Origin: Fibrobacterales bacterium
GTDB taxonomy: Bacteria > Fibrobacterota > Fibrobacteria > Fibrobacterales > JAOPTW01
DNA: 64,000 bases
NCBI GenBank assembly: GCA_051532055.1
Contig: JAOPTX010000007.1
Location: 160,001-224,000, forward strand
Direction: 5' to 3'
Shown here piece by piece: positions 27,484-36,935 of this stretch. Position 1 is the first letter of the stretch. Each line of letters starts with the position of its first letter. Below the pieces are notes generated by a model, which worked only from the letters and a program-made list of their open reading frames with translations, did not search any database and had not been told where the DNA came from. Position numbers and translations under genes: made by a program.

Positions 27484-28400
27484 TGTGGAAAATTTTTCTC
27501 AATGTGGTTCTCATCACAGCACTTAACACTCCAGGAACAGAAACGACCTATCCATTTTCTATTCTTATTAATAGTGAAACAGTTACGCTCCCTAAAGAGC
27601 CTCAACGTATTATATCCATGGCACCCAACATGACTGAAACCCTGTTTGCACTGGGTGCCGGTTCAAAAGTTGTTGGACGCTCTTTCTATTGTGATTTTCC
27701 AGCAGCTGTAAAAAATATTCCAAATGTTGGCCATCTATACGCCCCTAACCTAGAGAAAATATTAACTCTAAAACCTGACCTTATTATTGCCGCAACCCAC
27801 TACTCAGAGCGTTCACTTACTGTACTGAGACAAGCAGGGATTCCCGTTGTTTCTCAACCAACACCAACCTCAATTGCAGAAATTTATTCGTATATACAAC
27901 GTGTAGGGAGTATTATTAATCACACCGATCAAGCCCACACTCTTGTGACTGACCTAAAAAATAAAATGAATTCCATTGCTCGACTTACCGATACTCTCTC
28001 TCATAAACCATCAGTATATTATGCCGTTGGTGCAGGTCGTGGAGGAGACTATACCCCTGGAGGCGATACCTATTTATCAGATTTTATCACTCTATGTGGT
28101 GGTAAAAATATTGCTCAAAACCTAAAGGGGTGGCGCTATAATATTGAAAACCTCCTTATAAATGACCCTCAAATTATCATTGGTGACTCATTGACCTACA
28201 AAACAATGACTAATCAGTCAAATTACAAGAATCTTACGGTAATAAAGTCTAAAAATTATATAATTATTGAAAAAGAACTCTTCACTCGTATGGGGCCACG
28301 TCTCATACAAAATGGTGCTGACACTCTTTTAAAAATATTTCATCCAACGGTGTATAAAGATTCGAGATATGGTCAGTCAATCAAAACAGTTTCACACTAA
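27483..28400 (+). CDS. btuF: Cobalamin ABC transporter substrate-binding protein
   Basis: PQRIISMAPNMTETLFALG, VVGRS.YCDFP, PNLEKIL.LKPDL; cob context. Confidence 0.82.
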   Translation: MWKIFLNVVLITALNTPGTETTYPFSILINSETVTLPKEPQRIISMAPNMTETLFALGAGSKVVGRSFYCDFPAAVKNIPNVGHLYAPNLEKILTLKPDLIIAATHYSERSLTVLRQAGIPVVSQPTPTSIAEIYSYIQRVGSIINHTDQAHTLVTDLKNKMNSIARLTDTLSHKPSVYYAVGAGRGGDYTPGGDTYLSDFITLCGGKNIAQNLKGWRYNIENLLINDPQIIIGDSLTYKTMTNQSNYKNLTVIKSKNYIIIEKELFTRMGPRLIQNGADTLLKIFHPTVYKDSRYGQSIKTVSH

Positions 28401-29418
28401 GAGTCTTATATCACTAATTCTCCTCTACATTTTCTTAATCCCCCTTCTTACTACCTTTGGATCCGTCGATATAAGTTTTGGCAATGTTATTACCGTTATC
28501 ACTCATAAACTGGGCCTAACTTTTCAGTCATTTGATTACTCAATAATTGGAACAGTCAAAGAGCAAATCATTATTGATATCCGACTACCCCGTGTCATTC
28601 TTGCAGGAATTGTCGGCATGATACTTGCACTAGTAGGAGCATCATTTCAGGCAGTATTTAAAAACCCTCTTGCAGATCCTTTTGTAATGGGCACCTCATC
28701 AGGTGCGGCACTTGGAATTACTCTCGGTATTTTATTTGGCATGAGTGGTGAACTATTAGGCATTAGCGCTACAACTATTCTCGCATTTATCTGTGCCATA
28801 CTAACTACGCTCCTTGTCTACCAGCTTGCCAAAGTAGGTGAGAAAGTATCAACGACTTCAATACTCCTCGCAGGTATTGTCACCAGCTCAATTATTACAG
28901 CTCTTATATCACTCATTATGATCTTCAAACAAGATCAGATTTCAGACATTATTCTTATGACTATGGGCAGCTTCAATAGTGCCACATGGAATCAAGTAAT
29001 TATTATCGGCCCTCTTTTTATTATTGCATCAAGTATACTCCTCTTTAAAGCACAAGAGATGAATGCACTGGTTATGGGAGATATGGATGCTCATAGTATT
29101 GGGGTAAACGCCAATAAAAATAAGATTATTATTCTCATCTCTTCGGCTCTACTCGTAGCCCTCGCGGTATCTGCTAGCGGTATTATCGGTTTTGTTGGGA
29201 TCATCATTCCGCACCTACTTCGCCTGCTCTTTGGGCCTAACCATAGAACTCTCTTGCCTCTCTCAGCTATCAGTGGTGCAATTTTTTTATTAGTGTGCGA
29301 CTCATTTTCACGCACTTTTCTCGAAAACACTGAAATCCCCATTGGGATAATTACCGCCCTTTGTGGTGGCCCATTCTTTCTTATGTTGTTAAAACGCCAC
29401 AAAAACAGACTCATTTAG
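28369..29418 (+). CDS. btuC: Cobalamin ABC transporter permease (FecCD/BtuC family)
   Basis: IRLPRV, Q.VFKNPLADPF.MG.SSGA, GIIGFVGIIIPH, EIPIGIITA..GGPFF. Confidence 0.85.
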   Translation: MVSQSKQFHTKSLISLILLYIFLIPLLTTFGSVDISFGNVITVITHKLGLTFQSFDYSIIGTVKEQIIIDIRLPRVILAGIVGMILALVGASFQAVFKNPLADPFVMGTSSGAALGITLGILFGMSGELLGISATTILAFICAILTTLLVYQLAKVGEKVSTTSILLAGIVTSSIITALISLIMIFKQDQISDIILMTMGSFNSATWNQVIIIGPLFIIASSILLFKAQEMNALVMGDMDAHSIGVNANKNKIIILISSALLVALAVSASGIIGFVGIIIPHLLRLLFGPNHRTLLPLSAISGAIFLLVCDSFSRTFLENTEIPIGIITALCGGPFFLMLLKRHKNRLI

Positions 29419-29425
29419 AGGTAGT

Positions 29426-30199
29426 ATGTCTTCACTATTAAAAGCAAAAAGCCTCAACTTTAATTATGTGACTTCACATATACTAAAGAACATACATCTC
29501 GACATTGAGCCCGGCACCTTTACCTCTATTCTCGGCCCCAATGGGTCAGGAAAAACAACACTACTTAAAAATTTGTGTGGAGTATTAAAACCTCAATATG
29601 GTGAGATTACCCTCCATGACAAACCAATTGAGCTCTATTCAACAGTAGAGCTTGCCCAAAACATGGCTGTAATCCATCAATCTTCTGATGTGCACTTTGA
29701 CTTTTCAATTTATGATATTGTAATGATGGGCCGATATTCCCATATGAATTTTTTGCAAAGTGCAACAGATCTCGATTACCATATTGTCCAAACAGCTATG
29801 CTCGAAACCGATACGTGGAATATTAAAGACAAATCGATTTATGAGATTTCGGGAGGAGAAAAACAACGCGTTATCATTGCGCGATCACTCGCTCAACAGT
29901 CAGGTATTTTACTGTTAGATGAACCGATAAACCATCTTGATCTTAAACATCAAATTTCGATTCTCTCACTTATCAAAACCCTCTCCAAAGAAAAAAACCT
30001 TGCGGTACTCACTACGCTCCACGATATCAATATGGCTGCACGATTTAGTGATTCTATAGTTTTATTAAATAATGGTAAAGTCGTTACCAAAGGATCCCCT
30101 CAACGTGTTCTTACAAAAGAACATATTGAAAGGATTTATGACATTGAGGTTACCATCTCTGAAGATCACAATGGCAACCCCTATATAATTCCTAATTAG
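29426..30199 (+). CDS. btuD: Cobalamin ABC transporter ATPase
   Basis: GPNGSGKTT, ISGGEKQR, LLLDEP..HLD, LHDIN.A. Confidence 0.85.
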   Translation: MSSLLKAKSLNFNYVTSHILKNIHLDIEPGTFTSILGPNGSGKTTLLKNLCGVLKPQYGEITLHDKPIELYSTVELAQNMAVIHQSSDVHFDFSIYDIVMMGRYSHMNFLQSATDLDYHIVQTAMLETDTWNIKDKSIYEISGGEKQRVIIARSLAQQSGILLLDEPINHLDLKHQISILSLIKTLSKEKNLAVLTTLHDINMAARFSDSIVLLNNGKVVTKGSPQRVLTKEHIERIYDIEVTISEDHNGNPYIIPN

Positions 30200-30208
30200 A
30201 AAGATATA

Positions 30209-31453
30209 CTAAGGAAATACTACTGTAATAGCATTTGGAGAAGGAATTGTTGAGCCAACGGGTCCTGCAAGTAATGTGTCTGCTTCATAAATTACCAATC
30301 CAGATGCGGTAGATTTTTGTTCACCAAAAAGTAACACATCAGTTCCTGCGTGATAATACACCCCTCCACCTATTTCTGTTTCAGTACCATATGTTTTAAC
30401 TATTGCCTGTGTTGTGAGGTCAAATAATTTCACACTGGTCAAAGGCCATCCACCGCTAATAGTAATAAAGAGTTCTGTTGCATTTTTTTGAACAAGCGCC
30501 GATCCTGAATTTGAAGGATCACCACCCAACGCCTCATTATTAATGAGAATCGTCGACACTTGAGTTGTTAGGTCGATATGCTCGAGTCCCCCTTCTCCTA
30601 AACCATATTTCCCTGAAGATGCAACATAGAGGTCATTACCATCAATAACAGTATTCGCCGGGTTTTTTAGTTGTGGAGTAATTGTATTTACAATTGTGTT
30701 TGTATTAATATCAATCACAGCAATTTTTGCAGTATCAGGGTTCCAATCAGTATCGAATCTCTGCATACTCACATATAATAGATTATCTACCAAATTAAGG
30801 TCAGCAGCATTCGGTGTTGTCATTCCTGGTACTGCATATGCACTCAAATCAATTGAGTCAACAGCAATGCCAGATGTAAGATCCATTTCTACAACATATG
30901 GTAATCCATAATAGACCACATAACCTATAGTATCATTAGCAAAAACTATTTCATATGGATTTCCATTAACCGCTAAACTGTTTTGATACGTAACGCTCGC
31001 TGTAGTTGTATTATATTTTGTGATATTTCCTACCTGGCGCTCAAGAATATAGAGATCGGTACCGCGGGTATAAATCCTTGAATCTTGGTCTATCTCTATT
31101 AAAGACTTCGACAGAATAAAGGTCGAATCAAGAGATACCGATCTCAATTGACCACCTTCTCCATATTCCCCAACAACCATGTAGGATACCCCACTCTTTC
31201 TCTTACTTTCAACAGACTTTTCTCCATTTTGTTGAAGAGTATCCTCTGTAGTTGTATTTGGATTTACAGGAACAGTATCAATTCCTGTTGTATCAGCACC
31301 TACAGGAACAGTATCAATTGCAGTAGTATCGGTATTCACTGGTGTATTATGATCTACAACAACATTCGATCCCGGGTCTTCTGATTCTGTATTAAACAAA
31401 CACGCGCTTAAAAGAAGTAGTAGTGTGAATAGTAACAAGTGTAATAATTTCAT
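30209..31453 (-). CDS. Lipoprotein with YncE/BtuG-like beta-propeller, putative B12 capture protein
   Basis: Lipobox LLSAC, Thr/Asp-rich linker, propeller-like blades (NPYEIVF, LYVS, IAVIDI.TN, LYVAS); directly downstream of the riboswitch-controlled TonB receptor. Confidence 0.7.
   Translation of the reverse strand: MKLLHLLLFTLLLLLSACLFNTESEDPGSNVVVDHNTPVNTDTTAIDTVPVGADTTGIDTVPVNPNTTTEDTLQQNGEKSVESKRKSGVSYMVVGEYGEGGQLRSVSLDSTFILSKSLIEIDQDSRIYTRGTDLYILERQVGNITKYNTTTASVTYQNSLAVNGNPYEIVFANDTIGYVVYYGLPYVVEMDLTSGIAVDSIDLSAYAVPGMTTPNAADLNLVDNLLYVSMQRFDTDWNPDTAKIAVIDINTNTIVNTITPQLKNPANTVIDGNDLYVASSGKYGLGEGGLEHIDLTTQVSTILINNEALGGDPSNSGSALVQKNATELFITISGGWPLTSVKLFDLTTQAIVKTYGTETEIGGGVYYHAGTDVLLFGEQKSTASGLVIYEADTLLAGPVGSTIPSPNAITVVFP
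31265..31336 (-). repeat. Two imperfect 36-bp coding tandem repeats (DTT.IDTVPV)
   Basis: TACAGGAACAGTATCAATT at 31265-31283 and 31301-31319 on the + strand. Confidence 0.85.
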
Positions 31454-31461
31454 TGTATCCT

Positions 31462-33456
31462 CTATTTATTTATTGTTATGTGAATTTTAAAATTTTGACC
31501 AGGGGATGGATAAGCATCATTAACGCTTTCATTAGCACTATAAGACGACGTAATATCATATACCCCCGCAGTAAGGTTTGCATTTTTTGCCAATTTCATT
31601 TTGAGATACACATCATGTTGTGATCCTGGTTTCGTTTTCCAAGAATTTGATAAATCCCGAAACATACTTGACTGATATCCATAATCATATCCCAGTGTAA
31701 CACTCTTATACGTATACTCAAAAGTATTGTCGAACGTAATGAATGGTACATAGGGAAGTAAATTGTTTCGAGTTGAAGATTTGTTAGACAAAACTTCTGA
31801 CCCTTGTATTGTAAACAAAGAACTAGTAAAGATATTTTTAGATAAAAAAGTTTTTAGTGAAAACTCAATACCATTCGTAAAGGTTTTATCCTCATTAATA
31901 TATTTCATAATACCTGAAGAATATTTACGACCTATCCAATCATTTACCTCTTTCGAAAAATAGGTGATCTCAGTTTGCAACTTTTTTCTTTCAAATCGAA
32001 ATCCAAGCTCCCATTCAAAACTTGTTTCAGATTTGAGAGTGTCATTAGCAAGGATGCCATTTTTTGTGCCATATCGCTCTTCAAGTGAAGCTATTCGATA
32101 ATTTTTTCCTACAACGCCAAATAGAACCATAGTATTACTATTGTTAGAAAGCATAGTGTAATGCAATCCTCCGCTATAACCTAAATGCCAATCAAGCTCT
32201 TCCTGTTTCAACTCTCGCTTATCCCACATCAAATCAGCGAGACATCGACCATGTACTTTGATTGATTCTATTGGGTAAAAGGTTATTTCTGTGCTATTCT
32301 TCACTGCTTGTCTACTTGCCATAAAGGCCTGATCGATAGTATCTCCTATCAAATGTTGAGGCTTAAGCAACTCATGCTCGTACGCTAATTTATGATAGAG
32401 CAACCACTGTTCACTCGGAAGTATTCTGAATGAGACAAACGGTTTCCATGAATAGCTTACACGCTGGGATTCAGTATCTTGATTAACATACAGCGGATAA
32501 TCTTCTTTAAAAATAAAATGCTTAATGCTTCCAATACTATTTTTTGATCCTAAAACCATTTCAGGATAAGTACGTATATTCCAACGTTTTTTATACTGTC
32601 CGAAGACACTTCCACTCATAGAAGATATTGTAGAGCGATTGGTCACTTTATACTCATTCCCCGAAAGCTCTTTCGAGTTGTAATCTGCCTCTACCTTTAT
32701 AAACAGCTCCCCTTTCAACACCTTCCCCGTAATCACCTCTATGCCACTCGCTGAAGTATAACCATCGTTACTTTTTTGCATTACACTATCATCTGTCGTA
32801 TTGTACGTAGTCCCATTTCGATTAAGAAACTTAAAATCATTATCACTATGAATTACACTTACGATACTTTGACTGTTAAACCCGACTCCAATTTTTTGGT
32901 TATAGCTTACAGTATTATGAAATGTCTGAAAACTCCCTAAAGAGAGATCAGCTCGCACACTCTCCTTCATCTTCTTTTTTGAAATAAGGTTAATGACACC
33001 ACCAACTGAGCTCACTCCAAACTTAGCAGGTATAAAGCTTTTGTAAATTTCTATACGCTCATAAAGAGAGAGATCAATCTTTCCAAGGTCAACAGTACTC
33101 CCTGAGGCGCGGTTAATAGGAATATCATCAATACAAACCACTACTCGTGATCCACTCTGTCCTCGTATAGTAACACTTTGAACACCACCAACACCTCCAA
33201 ACTGCCTTGTTTGAATAGCGGTCTGCCGTGCAAGAATATTAGCTAGGTTGTTCTCTTTACCTAACCACTCTGCCTCGTTAATTATTACAGTAGACTGATT
33301 TTTGTAAAGAGTCGAGGCTGTAGGGAGCTTTTCAGATACTATGATGGTATCGCTCGGCAGAGCAAAGCCGCTCGTGCAAAGAGAAAACAACAGTATCACC
33401 ACATAAGTATATGTGTTCCACAAAAAAGAGTTGGAGTGCCAAACGCAAAAAGCCAT
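31462..33456 (-). CDS. btuB: TonB-dependent receptor, probably cobalamin (BtuB-like)
   Basis: TonB-box-like DTIIVS, plug motifs VTIRG, V.IDDIP, ERIEIYK, GGVINLIS; directly behind a cobalamin riboswitch. Confidence 0.8.
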   Translation of the reverse strand: MAFCVWHSNSFLWNTYTYVVILLFSLCTSGFALPSDTIIVSEKLPTASTLYKNQSTVIINEAEWLGKENNLANILARQTAIQTRQFGGVGGVQSVTIRGQSGSRVVVCIDDIPINRASGSTVDLGKIDLSLYERIEIYKSFIPAKFGVSSVGGVINLISKKKMKESVRADLSLGSFQTFHNTVSYNQKIGVGFNSQSIVSVIHSDNDFKFLNRNGTTYNTTDDSVMQKSNDGYTSASGIEVITGKVLKGELFIKVEADYNSKELSGNEYKVTNRSTISSMSGSVFGQYKKRWNIRTYPEMVLGSKNSIGSIKHFIFKEDYPLYVNQDTESQRVSYSWKPFVSFRILPSEQWLLYHKLAYEHELLKPQHLIGDTIDQAFMASRQAVKNSTEITFYPIESIKVHGRCLADLMWDKRELKQEELDWHLGYSGGLHYTMLSNNSNTMVLFGVVGKNYRIASLEERYGTKNGILANDTLKSETSFEWELGFRFERKKLQTEITYFSKEVNDWIGRKYSSGIMKYINEDKTFTNGIEFSLKTFLSKNIFTSSLFTIQGSEVLSNKSSTRNNLLPYVPFITFDNTFEYTYKSVTLGYDYGYQSSMFRDLSNSWKTKPGSQHDVYLKMKLAKNANLTAGVYDITSSYSANESVNDAYPSPGQNFKIHITINK

Positions 33457-33494
33457 ATCTCGTACTTTGACCCGAAGATCGAGATTAAAGGGTT

Positions 33495-33660
33495 GTATAT
33501 GGCAGGTCTTCTGACTTAAGCTTCATCCTACTCCCGATGCCTTCCCACACTATAGGTGTAGTGGCTTTAAGTATTCGGTTTCATCAGCTTTTACAGCGGC
33601 GGGACCGTTTGCGAGTTTCACGCAATTCCCTGTTAGGCCCTTCCGGGCACCATAATTTCA
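33495..33660 (-). ncRNA. Cobalamin riboswitch
   Basis: Minus strand reads GGTGC..AACAGGGAA..GTGAAA..CGGTCCCGCCGCTGTAA..GCCACT..GGGAAGG..AGTCAGAAGACCTGCC, the conserved B12-element core. Confidence 0.95.
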
Positions 33661-33757
33661 GAGCAATGGTAACTATATTGACAAGCAATGTAAAGTGACC
33701 CTCGTGATATTTGAGGTAAATAGGTATATTTAGGGTACCACCCACTCAGGAGATGAG

Positions 33758-34621
33758 ATGACCTTTTTTGACTCGTTGGAACAGCGTATTACTACCGTAG
33801 GCAATCCTATTTGCATGGGAATGGACCCTGTACTCAGTAAAATTCCTTTCGAAGGAAGCTCCCCAGAAGAGACAATTAAGACATTTTACATGACCCTTCT
33901 TGAAGCAATGGATGCTCAAAACATCTATCCTGCCGCGGTTAAACCCAATAGCGCCTATTACGAGGCAATTTCAGTTTCTGCTATGCAAGTACTCTATGAC
34001 CTCATCGAAGCATATTCTGAACGGGGAATCCATATTTGTCTCGATGCAAAACGTGGAGATATTGGCAAATCATCTGCCGCCTATGCAAAAGCCGCATTTG
34101 ACGTCTATAAAGCTGATTCTGTTACGGTATCACCCTATATGGGGGAAGACTCAGTAAAGCCTTTCTCAGAGTACGCTGAGGGGAAAGGGGTCTATATGCT
34201 CCTCAGAACATCGAACAAAGGTGCACAGGACATACAAGACATTCTTACCACAGATGAAACACAACTGTTTTATTCAGTAGGTAAAAAGCTCCTTAGTTGG
34301 AACGAGAATAACGCAATTGGCGCAGTAGTAGGCGCAACTAATACTCAAGAAATGGAAAACATTACACGCTTTTTTGTTGAAGCCGGTAAAGAAATTCCTT
34401 TTCTCATTCCCGGTATTTCAGTAAGTGGTGTCCCTGGACAGCAGGGAGGTGATATTCAAAGTACTCTCACTGCTCTAAAAAATGGTGGCAGCACTCACAA
34501 TTTTCACCTCCTCAATAGCTCGAGCGGACTCAATTACGCCTATCAAGCATTCACCGACCTTTCATATGATCAAGCATTTATTAAAGCTCTACAGCAACTT
34601 GTTGCTGATTGTACGCTTTAG
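33758..34621 (+). CDS. pyrF: Orotidine-5'-phosphate decarboxylase
   Basis: CMGMDP, VKPN.AYYE, LDAKRGDIG.S, TVSPYMG.DS, RTSN.G, GAVVGAT, LIPG, QGG. Confidence 0.92.
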   Translation: MTFFDSLEQRITTVGNPICMGMDPVLSKIPFEGSSPEETIKTFYMTLLEAMDAQNIYPAAVKPNSAYYEAISVSAMQVLYDLIEAYSERGIHICLDAKRGDIGKSSAAYAKAAFDVYKADSVTVSPYMGEDSVKPFSEYAEGKGVYMLLRTSNKGAQDIQDILTTDETQLFYSVGKKLLSWNENNAIGAVVGATNTQEMENITRFFVEAGKEIPFLIPGISVSGVPGQQGGDIQSTLTALKNGGSTHNFHLLNSSSGLNYAYQAFTDLSYDQAFIKALQQLVADCTL

Positions 34622-34650
34622 AGCAAGAATATATAGCCTTTTTAGAATAA

Positions 34651-34663
34651 TATGATATAATAG
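34651..34663 (+). promoter_or_regulatory. Extended -10 promoter element
   Basis: TATGATATAATAG (TGnTATAAT) about 28 nt upstream of ATG 34690. Confidence 0.5.
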
Positions 34664-34689
34664 AACAAATTATTCATGAGTCTTTTCGT

Positions 34690-35913
34690 ATGGGCGATAA
34701 GCCAACTATTCTCTACGTCGATGATGAACTAGAAAACATCACCGTTTTTAAAGCAACCTTCAAAAGGCATTATAAAATTATATCTGCCCTCTCTGGTAAT
34801 GAAGGCCTCAATAAGCTTAAAGAGAATGACGTCCAACTTATTATATCCGACCAAAAAATGCCCGAGATGACTGGTGTTGAGTTTTTCCAAACATCCATTA
34901 AGGACAATCCCGACACTCCCCGTATTTTGCTAACCGGCTATACCGATATTGAGTCGCTTATTGATGCCATCAATAAAGGGTACATCTTTCAATATGTATC
35001 AAAACCTTGGAAATTCGAAGACCTAAAAATGATTATTGATAGGGGCCTCGAGCAAGATGCATTAAAAAAGGAAAACAAATCACTCATTAACCGGTTAAGC
35101 AAACACAATGAAGAACTTGAACAGCTTGTAGAAGACCGTGTAGGCGATCTACGAAAATCATATCAAGAACTTATCATTGCCAAAGAAATTGCTGAAGAGT
35201 CGAACCAAGCAAAAAGTGTATTCCTTGCAAACATGTCTCATGAGCTGCGTACTCCATTGAGTGCCATTCTTGGATACAGCGAACTCATTACAGAGGATCT
35301 TGAGGATTCTGAAAATGAAATTGCCGACACAATAATTCCTGACTTAGAAAAAATTCATCTTTCAGCGGAACACCTTTTAACCATTATTAATGAGATCCTC
35401 GATTTTTCAAAAATTGAATCGGGTAAAATGGAAATCAATATTGCTGAAATAGAAATTAAAATTTTGATAGATGAGATAGTGAATAACGTGCAACCCCTTA
35501 TAGCTAAAAACAGTAATACATTATCTGTTGAGCTTGCAGCCGAACATACAACCCTCATCTCTGATTACCAAAAAGTAAAACAAAGTATTATCAATCTTTT
35601 AAGTAATGCAGCTAAATTTACCAAGCAAGGCACTATTACTCTGAAGGTTTCTCTCTTAGATCCTGGCATGCTTCGAATCAGTGTGACCGACACAGGTATT
35701 GGTATTAACGCCGACACTCTCGAATCAATCTTTACCCCCTTTACCCAAGCAAATGCCAACATTTCCACACAATATGGAGGCACAGGACTCGGCCTCAGCC
35801 TCACTCGCAAAATTTCAGAACTTCTTGGTGGTTCACTTACAGTAGAAAGTGTTGAGAATGAAGGATCGACATTTCACTTTACTATACCTCAACACGGGGT
35901 TATCCCAACATAA
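34690..35913 (+). CDS. Cytoplasmic REC-histidine kinase hybrid
   Basis: [53 protein letters not shown]. Confidence 0.92.
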   Translation: MGDKPTILYVDDELENITVFKATFKRHYKIISALSGNEGLNKLKENDVQLIISDQKMPEMTGVEFFQTSIKDNPDTPRILLTGYTDIESLIDAINKGYIFQYVSKPWKFEDLKMIIDRGLEQDALKKENKSLINRLSKHNEELEQLVEDRVGDLRKSYQELIIAKEIAEESNQAKSVFLANMSHELRTPLSAILGYSELITEDLEDSENEIADTIIPDLEKIHLSAEHLLTIINEILDFSKIESGKMEINIAEIEIKILIDEIVNNVQPLIAKNSNTLSVELAAEHTTLISDYQKVKQSIINLLSNAAKFTKQGTITLKVSLLDPGMLRISVTDTGIGINADTLESIFTPFTQANANISTQYGGTGLGLSLTRKISELLGGSLTVESVENEGSTFHFTIPQHGVIPT

Positions 35914-35935
35914 CATTAAAATATTAGTAGTGATA

Positions 35936-36307
35936 TTACTCAATGCGATTTAATTGTTTTTCAATTTTCTCGAGTAGAGATTTTATTACTATAGGCTTAG
36001 TCTCAAAATCATCACACCCCGCATTCATCGCTTTTTGTCTATCTGACTCCTGAGCATAAGCAGTAAGAGCCACAATTGGGGTTTTCCCAACCTCATCATG
36101 CTCTCTAATAGTTTTTGTTGCTTCATAGCCATCGATTTCAGGGAGCCCCAAATCCATTAAGATAAGGTCAGGTTTTTCGGATATTGCTAAATCAATAGCT
36201 TCTCGGCCGTTAAATGCAGGAACAACATCAAAGCCTTGACGCGTAAGTCTGCGTTGAAGCATCTCACTATTGATTTTAACATCTTCGACTAATAGTATTT
36301 TAGCCAA
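35936..36307 (-). CDS. Single-domain response regulator (DivK-like)
   Basis: ILLVED, LMDLGLPEIDG, ALTAYA, GCDDFETKPI; TTG start after GAGG. Confidence 0.88.
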   Translation of the reverse strand: MAKILLVEDVKINSEMLQRRLTRQGFDVVPAFNGREAIDLAISEKPDLILMDLGLPEIDGYEATKTIREHDEVGKTPIVALTAYAQESDRQKAMNAGCDDFETKPIVIKSLLEKIEKQLNRIE

Positions 36308-36500
36308 ACTAACCTCAACTATTGGATTTGTTCCTACTTCTGATATTACAACTAATCTCTATTAATTGCACAGGTTTTTTACGCAAACAATAATCCTATC
36401 CCTTTTCACTTTTTACGGTTAAAAATCTCGCAATTTATGCTGTTATTCGATATACTCAGAGCAAGTACCACAGACGTGAATACCATTGAATTGGGTCTCT

Positions 36501-36935
36501 ATGAAACCACTTTTATATAATTATGTGAAATGCCTTCTCTTAGTAGTATTACTCATTGGATCAGCTCACGGCTCAGATGATGATATAATTATCGTTGTTT
36601 CTATTAAAAGTGCCGTTGACTCAATATCCAAGTCTGAAATAAAAAAACTCTACATGGGTAAACAAGCAACCCTCGATACTCAATTTACTTCACCAACTAT
36701 TTTAAAAATAAAATCCACCCATAAAAAGTTCCTCGATACCTTTCTCAAAATTAACACCCGACAATTCGCCCGCATTTGGCAGAAGCTGGTATTTACTGGT
36801 AAAGCCCAAATGCCTAAGCAGTATACCTCTGAGCATGAACTCATCGAGATGCTCGAAAATAGCCCCAATAAAGTAGGATACATTCAGCGTAAAAACATTA
36901 CTGAGACCCTCAAAGAATTAGAGGTGACTCAATGA
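36501..36935 (+). CDS. Short periplasmic PBP-like protein 1 (type often labelled 'phosphate ABC substrate-binding')
   Basis: Signal peptide; IIIVV, I.K.EIKKLYMGK, RIWQKLVFTGKAQMP, KVGYI; mature part only ~120 aa. Confidence 0.7.
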   Translation: MKPLLYNYVKCLLLVVLLIGSAHGSDDDIIIVVSIKSAVDSISKSEIKKLYMGKQATLDTQFTSPTILKIKSTHKKFLDTFLKINTRQFARIWQKLVFTGKAQMPKQYTSEHELIEMLENSPNKVGYIQRKNITETLKELEVTQ

